Origin: an uncultured Aeromicrobium sp.
Lineage (GTDB): Bacteria > Actinomycetota > Actinomycetes > Propionibacteriales > Nocardioidaceae
NCBI GenBank assembly: GCA_964638755.1
Contig: CAZWZC010000001.1
Location: 8,435-72,434 of the forward strand
Length of the DNA: 64,000 bases
Reading direction: 5' to 3'
In this document: piece by piece, positions 9,457 through 20,126 of the stretch
How positions within the stretch are numbered: position 1 is the stretch's first letter
Layout of the letters: the number at the start of each line of letters is the position of its first letter
Translations under genes and position numbers: made by a program
Notes under the pieces: generated by a model
What the model was told of the DNA's origin: nothing
The model's input: the letters and a program-made list of their open reading frames with translations, nothing else
Database searches by the model: none

Positions 9457-10137
9457 TCAGCCGGCCGCCGGAGCCGGTGCGGGGCTTTCCTTGTGCTCTG
9501 ACTCGATCAGGTCGCCGATCACCACATTTCGGTTGCGCGTGTGGAAAAGCTCTGAGCAGGTCAACATGGTCAGCACCGCCTTGGTCGGACTCTCCCCGGC
9601 GGCCTTGGGATCGGGCACGCGTTGCAGCGGCCAGCCGACAGTGAAGTCGACGGTGATGCTCTTGCCGCCGTTGCGCAACCTGTAGGTGTAGATGTCGGTG
9701 CGCGTCTCGACGTACACGAGATCACCCTTCTTGAGGCTGGGGAACTTCGCGAACGGTTCGCCATGCGTCACCCGGTGACCCGCGATGGCGAAGTTGCCGA
9801 TCTGCCCGGGCTTGGCGCTCTTGACGTCCCAGCCGACTCCACGCGCCAGTGCGTCCTTGCTGAAACCTTTGACGATGGGCTGCTCGTACGTATCGCCGAA
9901 ACGGGGAACTCGCAGCAGGCCGATCGCGTCGCTGTCGAGGCCCTTGCCCCAGTCCTCGGCGATATTTTGCTTGACCTCTTCCTGCTTGTGCTTGGAGACG
10001 ACGCTGGTGCCGAAGTACTGCCAGGCGATGTAGGCGAGCATGCCGAGACCGGCAAGAATCAGAAGGATTCCGAACGCCGTCATGAGCTTTCGACCGGTGG
10101 ATTTTCGGGGTCTCTGCGGGGCCAGAGTCGTAGTCAT
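9457..10137 (-). CDS. class E sortase
   Basis: N-terminal TM helix, AIAGHRVTHGEPF and LTMLTC...R catalytic motifs. Start estimated at MTTTL. Confidence 0.88.
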   Translation of the reverse strand: MTTTLAPQRPRKSTGRKLMTAFGILLILAGLGMLAYIAWQYFGTSVVSKHKQEEVKQNIAEDWGKGLDSDAIGLLRVPRFGDTYEQPIVKGFSKDALARGVGWDVKSAKPGQIGNFAIAGHRVTHGEPFAKFPSLKKGDLVYVETRTDIYTYRLRNGGKSITVDFTVGWPLQRVPDPKAAGESPTKAVLTMLTCSELFHTRNRNVVIGDLIESEHKESPAPAPAAG

Positions 10138-10261
10138 GCCGATGATTCTCGCACCCCCATTCGAATCGCCGACAATTTCGGCAAAACCTCCAACGCGGTT
10201 GGCCGAGTCGCGTAGCATTTATCCAGCAGGGTCAATGCGCTTCTGGCCGTTGGCGCCTGTT

Positions 10262-10301
10262 GTCGCCCCACCGTTTCACCCCCCGAGAACGGTGGGGCGA
10301 C
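10262..10301. terminator. perfect 14-bp stem-loop, probable terminator
   Basis: gtcgccccaccgtt / aacggtggggcgac with a 12-nt loop, downstream of the MFS gene. Confidence 0.6.
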
Positions 10302-10344
10302 TTTGTGCGCCGACGAGGCCGCCCGCAGCCGAGCTGCGCGTGCG

Positions 10345-10386
10345 GGTTGAGTGGAACGCAGCGAAGCCGCCGGAACTATCGAAACC
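10345..10386 (-). repeat. REP-like palindromic element
   Basis: Minus strand reads GGT-TTCGA-tagttccggcggcttcgctgcgttcca-CTCA-ACC, with an internal gcggc/gctgc hairpin. Confidence 0.55.
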
Positions 10387-10421
10387 TCGTGAGCCAGAGC
10401 GCCGAGGCGACCCGGCAGGAC

Positions 10422-11588
10422 TCAGACCGCCTCTACGGTGTCGGGATCGGCGGTACGGAACGACCGCGCCGTGAGCAGCACGATCGGGATAAGCACAAGC
10501 GGGATCACGAACGCCCAGCGCAGGTGATCCGCCGTCGCTGCTGCGCCGATCAACCCCCCGCCGAGGATTGCGCCAACGTAGTTGGCGATGTTCATGCGCG
10601 CGATGGCAACATCCAGCGCTGCAGCGGGGACGGCGCCGGCAAGTGCCGCGAATGCGAGCGGCGCCAAGATTGCGAGCCCGAGGCCGGCGATGAAGAACCC
10701 ACCGATCGCCATGAACGGTGCAGCGGCCGCCACGACAGTGACCAGGCCGACGATGCCGATCGTGGTACCGACGGCGACCACAGCGGGGGCACCGATGCGG
10801 CGCACGAGGAAGTCGCCGCCGAACCGCGACACGAGCGCACCTGCCTGGTAGGCCCCGTATGCGAGCGGCGCCACTGTCTTGGTCGCATCGAGCGCATCCT
10901 CGAGATAGACGCTGCTCCACGTCAGGATGCCGGTGTCAGCGGCAAAGAAGAGGAGAACCACGAGCCCGAAAATGAGGATCGGGCGCCACGGAAGGTCGAG
11001 ACCTTTGGCCGAGAGCCCCGCATCGTGCTCCTGCGCCTTGATGAAAGCAGGAGCGGCCCACGCGACCACGAGCCACGTCGCGACTGCCACGAACACCAGC
11101 GACAAGGCGATCGGCAGGTCGATCGCGGCGGCACCTGACGCATACAGCGCACCAGTGATTCCGCCGACCGACCACATGCCGTGGAAGTTGGCCATGATGC
11201 TTCGTCCGTATGCCTTCTGCACGCGTACGCCCTGCATGTTCATGCCCGCGTCGACTCCACCCACGCCGAGCCCATAGATCACGAATGCGGCGATCAACAG
11301 TCCAAGGTTCGGGGCAAGCCCGATCAGCAGAGACCCCAGCCCGATCGTCGCCAAGGCCAGCTTGAAGGCGACAGCACTCGTGCGCCTTTCGGCGCTCATG
11401 CCAGCGATGACCGAGCCGACACCTGACACCACGGCGACCAGCACGAGAATCCCAGTGAGGCCGCCATCGCCGATGTCGAACTTGTCCTTGATCCGCGGGG
11501 CTTGTGTCACGATCGAGGCGAACACCAGCCCCTGAAGGAAGAAGCCCGCGGCAACAGCGATACGGGTACGTGTCAGGTCTTGAGTCAC
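10422..11588 (-). CDS. MFS transporter
   Basis: About 12 TM segments; GGVDAGMN...NFHGMWSVG pattern. Confidence 0.85.
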   Translation of the reverse strand: MTQDLTRTRIAVAAGFFLQGLVFASIVTQAPRIKDKFDIGDGGLTGILVLVAVVSGVGSVIAGMSAERRTSAVAFKLALATIGLGSLLIGLAPNLGLLIAAFVIYGLGVGGVDAGMNMQGVRVQKAYGRSIMANFHGMWSVGGITGALYASGAAAIDLPIALSLVFVAVATWLVVAWAAPAFIKAQEHDAGLSAKGLDLPWRPILIFGLVVLLFFAADTGILTWSSVYLEDALDATKTVAPLAYGAYQAGALVSRFGGDFLVRRIGAPAVVAVGTTIGIVGLVTVVAAAAPFMAIGGFFIAGLGLAILAPLAFAALAGAVPAAALDVAIARMNIANYVGAILGGGLIGAAATADHLRWAFVIPLVLIPIVLLTARSFRTADPDTVEAV

Positions 11589-11622
11589 CGCGTCATCGTA
11601 GGCGCTGCCCTAGTGTCGTGGT

Positions 11623-12780
11623 GTGAAGACCTCCAGCGCACGCATCGCAGGACTCGGCACGACGATCTTCGCCGAGATGAGCGAGCTTGCCGCGCGGACG
11701 GGCTCGATCAACCTTGGCCAGGGGTTCCCTGACACCGACGGTCCGGCGTCGATCATCGATGCTGCCACCGACGCGATGCGAAGTGGCCGCAACCAGTACG
11801 CGCCTGGAATCGGTGTGCCTGAGCTGCGCGCGGCGATCGCCGCACATCAGCAACGGTTCTACGGACTCACGATCGATCCTGACACCGAGGTCGCGGTCAG
11901 CACCGGCGCCACCGAGGCCATCGCCGGGGCGATCCTCGGACTCGTCGACCCCGGCGATGAGGTCATCGTGCTGGAGCCCTACTACGACTCGTACGTCGCG
12001 GTGATCCAGATGGCTGGTGGTGTGCGGAAACCCGTCACGCTGCGGGCCCCGGACTTTCGTCTGCCGATCGACGAGCTGCGGGCGGCTGTGTCACCCCGTA
12101 CGACGGCGATCCTGCTGAACTCGCCGCACAATCCGACCGGCACGGTGCTCACCCGCGAAGAGCTCGAGGCTGTTGCGGCGGTCGCGCAGGAGCATGACCT
12201 CGTGGTGATCAGCGACGAGGTCTACGAGCACCTCACGTTCGCCGTCCCACACATACCGATCTCGACACTGCCCGGCATGGACGAACGCACCCTGACGATC
12301 TCGAGTGGGGGCAAGAGCTTCTCGTTCACGGGGTGGAAGGTCGGCTGGGCCACCGGTCCGGCGGCGCTCATCGCAGCGCTGATCGGCGTGAAGCAGTTCC
12401 TCACCTACACATCAGGCTCGCCGCTCCAGCCCGCGATCGCGCAGGCACTTGGTTTTGACGATGCCTACTTCTCCTCCTTCGTCGCACAGATGCAGACACA
12501 GCGTGACCAGCTCTGCGACGGCTTGGCTGCGCTCGGGTTCGAGGTCTTCGTGCCGGAGGGTACGTACTTCGCCACCACCGACATCCGGCCGATGGGCTTC
12601 GCCGACGGCCTGGAGTTCTGCCGCGCTCTGCCCGAGGCAGCCGGTGTGGTCGCAATCCCGCACCAGGTGTTCTACGACGACCTCGAGGCAGGAGCACCCC
12701 TCGTTCGGTGGGCGTTCTGCAAGAAGCCTGAGGTCATCGCCGAGGCGCTCGAACGGCTGGTCAAGCTCAGCCAGAGATGA
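11623..12780 (+). CDS. PLP-dependent class I/II aminotransferase (DapC/YbdL-like)
   Basis: INLGQGFPD, NSPHNPTG, SDEVYEHL and SGGKSFSFTGWKVGW motifs. Confidence 0.9.
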   Translation: MKTSSARIAGLGTTIFAEMSELAARTGSINLGQGFPDTDGPASIIDAATDAMRSGRNQYAPGIGVPELRAAIAAHQQRFYGLTIDPDTEVAVSTGATEAIAGAILGLVDPGDEVIVLEPYYDSYVAVIQMAGGVRKPVTLRAPDFRLPIDELRAAVSPRTTAILLNSPHNPTGTVLTREELEAVAAVAQEHDLVVISDEVYEHLTFAVPHIPISTLPGMDERTLTISSGGKSFSFTGWKVGWATGPAALIAALIGVKQFLTYTSGSPLQPAIAQALGFDDAYFSSFVAQMQTQRDQLCDGLAALGFEVFVPEGTYFATTDIRPMGFADGLEFCRALPEAAGVVAIPHQVFYDDLEAGAPLVRWAFCKKPEVIAEALERLVKLSQR

Positions 12781-12867
12781 CGCGCATCACATTGGTTGCA
12801 TCACGCAACTAATTCGATAGAATGGCGAAGCACGCACTCGTGCCGAAGACCTTTGAAGGACCCACCC

Positions 12868-14484
12868 GTGACGACCGAAGTCGAATCAGCACGCCAACCC
12901 ACCCCAGCTCCCATGACCCATCGGGAAGTGCTGCTGGCACTTTCGGGGCTGCTCCTGGCCATGTTCGTGGCGATGCTGTCCTCGACCGTCGTCTCGACTG
13001 CGCTGCCCAAGATCGTCGCCGACCTCGGCGGCAGCGAGTCGGGCTACACCTGGGTGGTCGTGGCAACCCTGCTGACCATGGCTGCAACGACCCCGATCTG
13101 GGGCAAGCTCGCCGACCTCTTCAGCAAGAAGCTCCTGACGCAGCTCGCTCTGCTGATCTACGTGATCGGCTCGATCATCGCCGGACTCGCGCCAAGCATG
13201 AGCGTGTTGATCAGTGCCAGACTGCTGCAGGGCGTCGGTATGGGCGGCCTGACCGCACTCGTACAGATCGTGATCGCCAGCATGGTGTCGCCGCGCGAGC
13301 GAGGCCGATACTTCGGACTGCTCGGCGGCGTCTTCGCCGTCGCAACGGTCAGCGGCCCGCTGATCGGCGGTGTTCTGGTCGACTCGAACTGGCTCGGCAG
13401 CATCCTCCCGGGATTCATGGAGGGCGACTCCTGGCGCTGGTGCTTCTACGTCGGGATCCCGTTCGCCGCAGCCGCGTTCGTCGTCCTGCAGAAAACTCTG
13501 CACCTGCCGACGATCAAGCGCGACGTGACGATCGACTATGTCGGTGCCCTGCTGATCAGCGCGGGCGTCTCGGTGCTGCTGATCTGGGTCTCACTGGCCG
13601 GCAGCCAGTTTGAGTGGGCGTCTGTCACCACGGCATGGATGGTGCCGCTCGGCCTGCTGCTCCTGGCCGGGTTCGTCGTCGTCGAGACCCAGGTCAGGGA
13701 ACCGATCGTCCCGCTGCGGCTCTTCAAGGACCGCACCACCAGCCTCGGCGTGTTCGCGTCGATCATGGTCGGTGTCGCGATGTTTGGATCCACGGTGTTC
13801 CTGGTGCAGTACTTCCAGATCTCGCGCGGTATGACCCCGACTCACGCCGGGCTGATGACCCTCGCCCTGGTGGGTGGGTTGCTGGTCTCCAGCATCACGT
13901 CCGGACGCCTCATCGCATCCACCGGCAAGTGGAAGCGCTATCTGGTGGGTGGCGGCATCCTCATGGTGGTCGGCATCGCTTTGCTCAGCACGATTGATCC
14001 GAGCATCAGCCTGTTCACGGTCGGCGTCTACATGGCGATCCTCGGCATCGGTATGGGCTCGGTCAACCAGAACCTCGTCCTCGCCGTTCAGAACAACGCC
14101 GCACAGGCCGACATCGGCGCCGCGAGCTCACTCGTCGCGTTTTTCCGTACGATGGGCGGCTCCATCGGCGTCTCCGCACTTGGGACGGCGCTGGGCCACA
14201 AGGTCAGCTCCGGCATCAACGACGGATTCGACCGCATCGGCGTGACGGCACCCCAGGGCACCGGAAGCGCCGACATTCCCGACATGTCCACCCTTCCGGA
14301 CCGGATCCGCCCCATCGTGGAATCGGCCTTCGCGGATGCGACCGGACATGTCTTCCTGCTCGCGACACCCTTCGCGTTTCTTGCACTGATCGCCATCCTG
14401 CTGATTCGTGAGGTTCCGCTCCGCGACACGATTCAGCGAGAAGATGAGCTGACCGTCTCGCCGGGCGAAGCGCTGTCGAGCTGA
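12868..14484 (+). CDS. DHA2-family 14-TM MFS efflux transporter
   Basis: WGKLADLFSKK, RLLQGVG and GPLIGG motifs. GTG 12868 is preceded by GAAGGA. Confidence 0.88.
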   Translation: MTTEVESARQPTPAPMTHREVLLALSGLLLAMFVAMLSSTVVSTALPKIVADLGGSESGYTWVVVATLLTMAATTPIWGKLADLFSKKLLTQLALLIYVIGSIIAGLAPSMSVLISARLLQGVGMGGLTALVQIVIASMVSPRERGRYFGLLGGVFAVATVSGPLIGGVLVDSNWLGSILPGFMEGDSWRWCFYVGIPFAAAAFVVLQKTLHLPTIKRDVTIDYVGALLISAGVSVLLIWVSLAGSQFEWASVTTAWMVPLGLLLLAGFVVVETQVREPIVPLRLFKDRTTSLGVFASIMVGVAMFGSTVFLVQYFQISRGMTPTHAGLMTLALVGGLLVSSITSGRLIASTGKWKRYLVGGGILMVVGIALLSTIDPSISLFTVGVYMAILGIGMGSVNQNLVLAVQNNAAQADIGAASSLVAFFRTMGGSIGVSALGTALGHKVSSGINDGFDRIGVTAPQGTGSADIPDMSTLPDRIRPIVESAFADATGHVFLLATPFAFLALIAILLIREVPLRDTIQREDELTVSPGEALSS

Positions 14485-14494
14485 AAGGTCAGCC

Positions 14495-14971
14495 ATGACG
14501 AAGCAAGACTCGCTGTGGGACATCGAGCGTGAAGTCCGTACGGTGGTGCACCGCGTACGCCGCACGTCGATCGAGAACGCCCGGCTGATCGATGCTGATC
14601 TACCAGTGACCGCCTATCCGGTCCTGCTCTACATCTACGACAACGAAACGGTCCGCGCACACGAAGTGGTGGAGGCGATCGGAGTCGACAAGGCAACGGT
14701 CAGCCGTCAGATCGCCCAGCTGCAAGATCTCGGGTTGGTCACTCGCACCTCCGACCCGTCGGATCGTCGGGCGCAGTCGGTGGCGCTGACCGATGTGGGC
14801 CAGTCCAAGGTCGGTGACCTCACGAAGCGGCGACGCGCCGAGTTCATGGAGCGACTCGACGACTGGTCGGCCGCCGACCTCGAACTGCTCGCCGACTACC
14901 TCGCCCGCTACAACGCATCGCTCGCCCCACGAAGAGGCGGTGAGCGAGTCGCGTATCACCCGGTCGAATAG
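14495..14971 (+). CDS. MarR family transcriptional regulator
   Basis: DKATVSRQIAQL...LV.R..DPSDRR wHTH motif. Confidence 0.9.
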   Translation: MTKQDSLWDIEREVRTVVHRVRRTSIENARLIDADLPVTAYPVLLYIYDNETVRAHEVVEAIGVDKATVSRQIAQLQDLGLVTRTSDPSDRRAQSVALTDVGQSKVGDLTKRRRAEFMERLDDWSAADLELLADYLARYNASLAPRRGGERVAYHPVE

Positions 14972-15025
14972 GCGACTAGCCCACCGCCGCTAGGTGCATT
15001 GGGAGTCTGCGGGCTGGCTCAGTCG

Positions 15026-15520
15026 CTAGCCGCGATAGGCCGGAGCTCTTGATGAGGTTGCCACCGCGCCCTTGCGGAGCAGCGGAAGGACGCGCGGACG
15101 CACGAGCTCGGACAGCACGATCACACTCGTCGATCGGACGACGGTGCCGGACTGGCTGATGTGGAGCAGCACGGCCTGCAGATCCTCATGAGACGTGGCG
15201 CCGATCCGGCAGACGACATCGGCAGCGCCGCTGGTGACATACGCATCGAGCACGTTGGGCAACGACTCGAGCTCTTCGGTCACCGCATCCAACGAGCCCT
15301 GCGCGATCTCGAGCGTCACGAAGGCGACGACCGGATGCCCCGCAGCGATCAGGTCGATGTCGGGTCCATATCCGGTGATGATGCCGGCCACCTCCATCTT
15401 GGCGAGCCGCGACTGGACGGTGGCGCGCGCGACCCGGGTGATCCGCGAGAGCTCGAGATCACCCACGCGCGGGTTCTCACGCATCGCCTCAACAAGCGCT
15501 ACATCGAGCTGATCCACCAT
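15026..15520 (-). CDS. Lrp/AsnC family regulator
   Basis: VARATVQSRLAKME...GII HTH plus AsnC domain; divergent from hppD. Start estimated. Confidence 0.85.
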   Translation of the reverse strand: MVDQLDVALVEAMRENPRVGDLELSRITRVARATVQSRLAKMEVAGIITGYGPDIDLIAAGHPVVAFVTLEIAQGSLDAVTEELESLPNVLDAYVTSGAADVVCRIGATSHEDLQAVLLHISQSGTVVRSTSVIVLSELVRPRVLPLLRKGAVATSSRAPAYRG

Positions 15521-15590
15521 GCGCGCTCCTAGCCAGATTGCATACCTGAGCATAAGTTTACTCCGCTCAGGTGTCATGAATGACCATTAG

Positions 15591-16838
<1,248 letters not shown>

Positions 16839-16864
16839 AGAAGTCAACTTCTAGGAGGGTTCAC

Positions 16865-18043
16865 ATGGCCCACTACCGAAGTGCGGGCAACATCCCGCCC
16901 AAGCGCCACACGCAGCACCGCGATCCCGACGGCAACCTCTATCGCGAAGAGCTCATGGGCGAGGAAGGCTTCTCGTCTGACTCGTCGTTGCTCTATCACG
17001 TGGGTGTCCCCTCGGCGATCACCGAAGCACGTACGTGGGACCTCCCTGACCAGTCGACAACGCCGAACGAGCCGCTGCTCGCCAGGCACCTCAAGCTGCA
17101 CAGCCTCTTCGATGACGGCGCCGGCAACGACATGGTGACCCATCGCAGACTTGTTCTGGGAAATGCTGACGTCCGCATCTCATACGTCATGGCCGCCGAA
17201 ACGTCGCCTCTCTATCGCAATGCCACCGGCGATGAATGCGTGTTCATCGAGTCCGGCAGTGGGTCGCTTGAGACGGTGTTCGGGCACATCCCGTTCAGCG
17301 ACGGTGACTACTTGATCATCCCGCGGGCAACGACGCATAGATGGGTGCCGACGGGTGACGTCCGCGCATACGCCATCGAGGCCAACAGCCACATCGGTCC
17401 GGCCCGTCGCTACCTCTCGAAGTTCGGCCAACTGCTGGAGCACGCGCCGTACTGCGAGCGTGACCTCCGCGGGCCTGGCGAGCCCGAGGTGCGCCACGAG
17501 ACAGATGTCGAGGTGTTCATCAAGCACCGCGGTTCAGGCCCTGGTGGCCTCAGCGGCAGCGTCCACGTCGTGCCGCAGCACCCGTTCGACGTCGTCGGCT
17601 GGGACGGCTGCCTCTATCCGTATGCGTTCAACGTCGCCGACTTCGAACCCATCACCGGGCGCGTGCACCAGCCCCCGCCGGTCCACCAGGTGTTCGAGGG
17701 CAGCAACTTCGTGATCTGCAACTTCGTCCCCCGCAAGGTCGACTACCACCCGCTGGCGATCCCGGTGCCGTACTACCACTCCAACGTCGACTCCGACGAA
17801 GTCATGTTCTACGTCGCCGGCGACTACGAGGCACGCAAAGGCTCCGACATCGGCAAAGGGTCGATCTCGCTCCACCCCGGAGGACACTCGCACGGCCCAC
17901 AGCCTTCGGCGATCGAGGCGAGCCTCGGCGCGGAGTACTTCGATGAGCTTGCCGTCATGGTCGACACTTTCCGCCCGCTTGAGCTCGGCGAGGGCGGCAC
18001 CGCTTCCGACAACGGCGAATACGCGCTTTCATGGATCAAATGA
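16865..18043 (+). CDS. hmgA: homogentisate 1,2-dioxygenase
   Basis: HPFDVVGWDG, PYYHSNVDSDE, LHPGGHSHGP and ELAVMVDTFRPL motifs. Confidence 0.93.
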   Translation: MAHYRSAGNIPPKRHTQHRDPDGNLYREELMGEEGFSSDSSLLYHVGVPSAITEARTWDLPDQSTTPNEPLLARHLKLHSLFDDGAGNDMVTHRRLVLGNADVRISYVMAAETSPLYRNATGDECVFIESGSGSLETVFGHIPFSDGDYLIIPRATTHRWVPTGDVRAYAIEANSHIGPARRYLSKFGQLLEHAPYCERDLRGPGEPEVRHETDVEVFIKHRGSGPGGLSGSVHVVPQHPFDVVGWDGCLYPYAFNVADFEPITGRVHQPPPVHQVFEGSNFVICNFVPRKVDYHPLAIPVPYYHSNVDSDEVMFYVAGDYEARKGSDIGKGSISLHPGGHSHGPQPSAIEASLGAEYFDELAVMVDTFRPLELGEGGTASDNGEYALSWIK

Positions 18044-18756
18044 TGTTTCATCAATTCTTCGATGACGCGGCGATCTTCCCGCCTGGCAACATGGCGATGG
18101 ATCAAGCCGTGCAAGCGCACCTTGCTCGCCGCGGCACCCCCGACGGCGAGTACGTCGGGCCCTTCATCTGCGGCGCCGCACGGGTCGGCGAGCTGCGTGA
18201 GACGCTTGGCCACGGGCACCTCGAGCTGGCACTCGTCGCGACGGTCGAGGAGTTCACCGATCTTGCCCACGAGCTGGAAGCACAGCAGAACCTCACACTT
18301 GTCGCCGTCGAGCTCAAGGGCCCGGTCGGCGAGCTGCCGACCATGCCCACTGACGTGAAGGTGTTCGTCGAGCGCACCTGGCACGAGACGTACGAGGTCC
18401 CCGACGGCGCCACGCTCAAACTGCGATGCGGTGGACCCGACACCCGCGACACTCCGTCGGCGTGCCAGCTTGGCGGGGCGATCCAGCACTGCGTCGAGAA
18501 CGACCAGCCGTTCAAGCTGACCGCAGGTCTGCACCATGCCTTGCGGACCGAGAACGAACACGGATTCATCAACGTCATGGCCGCCGTCAATGCGGCGATC
18601 GATGGCAGCGATCCGGTGCCGGCCCTGCTGGAGAGTGATGCAGCGGAACTCAAGATCTCGAACCCCGAAGCCGTACGTCGGCTGTTCCGCTCCATCGGCA
18701 CATGCAGCATCGACGAGCCGCTCGACGATCTTCGGGCACTCGAGCTGATCGCGTGA
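18040..18756 (+). CDS. conserved hypothetical protein in the hmgA-fahA operon
   Basis: Overlaps both the hmgA stop (ATGA) and the fahA start (GTGA). Contains DDAAIFPPG, KLRCGG and FKLTAGLHHA motifs. Confidence 0.8.
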   Translation: MMFHQFFDDAAIFPPGNMAMDQAVQAHLARRGTPDGEYVGPFICGAARVGELRETLGHGHLELALVATVEEFTDLAHELEAQQNLTLVAVELKGPVGELPTMPTDVKVFVERTWHETYEVPDGATLKLRCGGPDTRDTPSACQLGGAIQHCVENDQPFKLTAGLHHALRTENEHGFINVMAAVNAAIDGSDPVPALLESDAAELKISNPEAVRRLFRSIGTCSIDEPLDDLRALELIA

Positions 18757-19928
18757 CCGAGCGCACTCGAGCTGATCGCGCAACTGACTTCGGGCAGACC
18801 ACGCTGCCGTACTGCTCCTTCGTGATCGATGGAGAGCAGCATGTCGGCGTGGGGATCGGAACGCAGGTTCTCGACCTCACGTCAGCCTCCGTGGAGATCG
18901 TCCCCGACCACGCTGCACTGTTCGCCGACGGCAGGCTTGACGCCCTCCTCGCCGCCGGACCAGACGTGTGGCACCTGGTACGCGAGTCACTGCTTGCTCA
19001 CACGCCGACCGATCACCTTCACGACGACGTCGAACTCGTGCTGCCGTTCACTGTTGCCGACTACGTCGACTTCTATGCCTCTGAGCACCACGCGACCAAT
19101 GTCGGCAAGATCTTCCGCCCGGACGGAGATGCCCTGACCCCCAACTGGAAACACCTGCCGATCGGATATCACGGCCGCGCTGGCACCGTTGTCGTCTCCG
19201 GCACCTCGATCGTGCGACCGTCGGGGCAGCGCCGAACAACGGACGGTGAGATCACGTTCGGGCCCAGCGTGAAGCTCGACATCGAGGCCGAGCTGGGCTT
19301 CGTCGTCGGAGCACCTTCAGCCCTCGCCACCCCTGTGCCGATCGGCCAGTTCGCCCAGCACGTGTTCGGCGTCTGTCTTGTCAACGACTGGTCTGCGCGC
19401 GACATCCAGGCATGGGAGTACGTCCCGCTTGGCCCGTTCCTCGGCAAGTCGTTCGCCACGTCGATCTCACCGTGGATCATTCCGCTCGCCGCTCTCGACG
19501 GTGCCCGCGTCGATCAGCCGGTGCAGTCGCCCGAGCCGCTTCCCTACCTGCAGGCCGACGAGCCATGGGGGCTGGACATCGAATTCACGGTGACGATCAA
19601 CGGTACCGAGGTCTCGCGGCCACCGTTCGCGTCGATGTATTGGACCGGCGCGCAGATGCTTGCCCACATGACGGTGAACGGAGCATCCCTGCGTACGGGC
19701 GATCTGTTCGCCTCCGGCACGATCAGTGGCGACCAGCCTGACCAGCGCGGGTCGCTGCTTGAGCTGTCATGGAATGGGACTGAGCCGATCATCCTCGCGG
19801 ATGGCTCGACACGCTCGTTCCTCGAGGACGGCGACATCGTCACGATCTCCGCGGCTGCGAATCTGGCGGACGGGCAGCGGATGGAGCTCGGCGACGTGAG
19901 TGGCACGATCGTCGGCCGGCCCGCTTGA
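18753..19928 (+). CDS. fahA: fumarylacetoacetase
   Basis: DYVDFYASEHHA, YHGRAGTVVVSG, LDIEAELG, NDWSARDIQ.WEY.PLGPF and GDLFASGTISG motifs. Confidence 0.94.
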   Translation: MTERTRADRATDFGQTTLPYCSFVIDGEQHVGVGIGTQVLDLTSASVEIVPDHAALFADGRLDALLAAGPDVWHLVRESLLAHTPTDHLHDDVELVLPFTVADYVDFYASEHHATNVGKIFRPDGDALTPNWKHLPIGYHGRAGTVVVSGTSIVRPSGQRRTTDGEITFGPSVKLDIEAELGFVVGAPSALATPVPIGQFAQHVFGVCLVNDWSARDIQAWEYVPLGPFLGKSFATSISPWIIPLAALDGARVDQPVQSPEPLPYLQADEPWGLDIEFTVTINGTEVSRPPFASMYWTGAQMLAHMTVNGASLRTGDLFASGTISGDQPDQRGSLLELSWNGTEPIILADGSTRSFLEDGDIVTISAAANLADGQRMELGDVSGTIVGRPA

Positions 19929-20126
19929 TCTACCAGCCCGTGACTACCCATCGCTGATCTCTCGGCAATGCTTGCGCCAACCCGCGTGGGTGCGAGAACT
20001 ACCTGAGCACGCTTGGCTGCAGGCGTTGCTGCAGGCCTCCTGGATCAGCGGCCGAATCGGCGAACAGGAGTTCCTTGTCGCGCCCGCACCAATTTGCGGT
20101 CGATCCGAGCCTGAACCTGCTCACAA

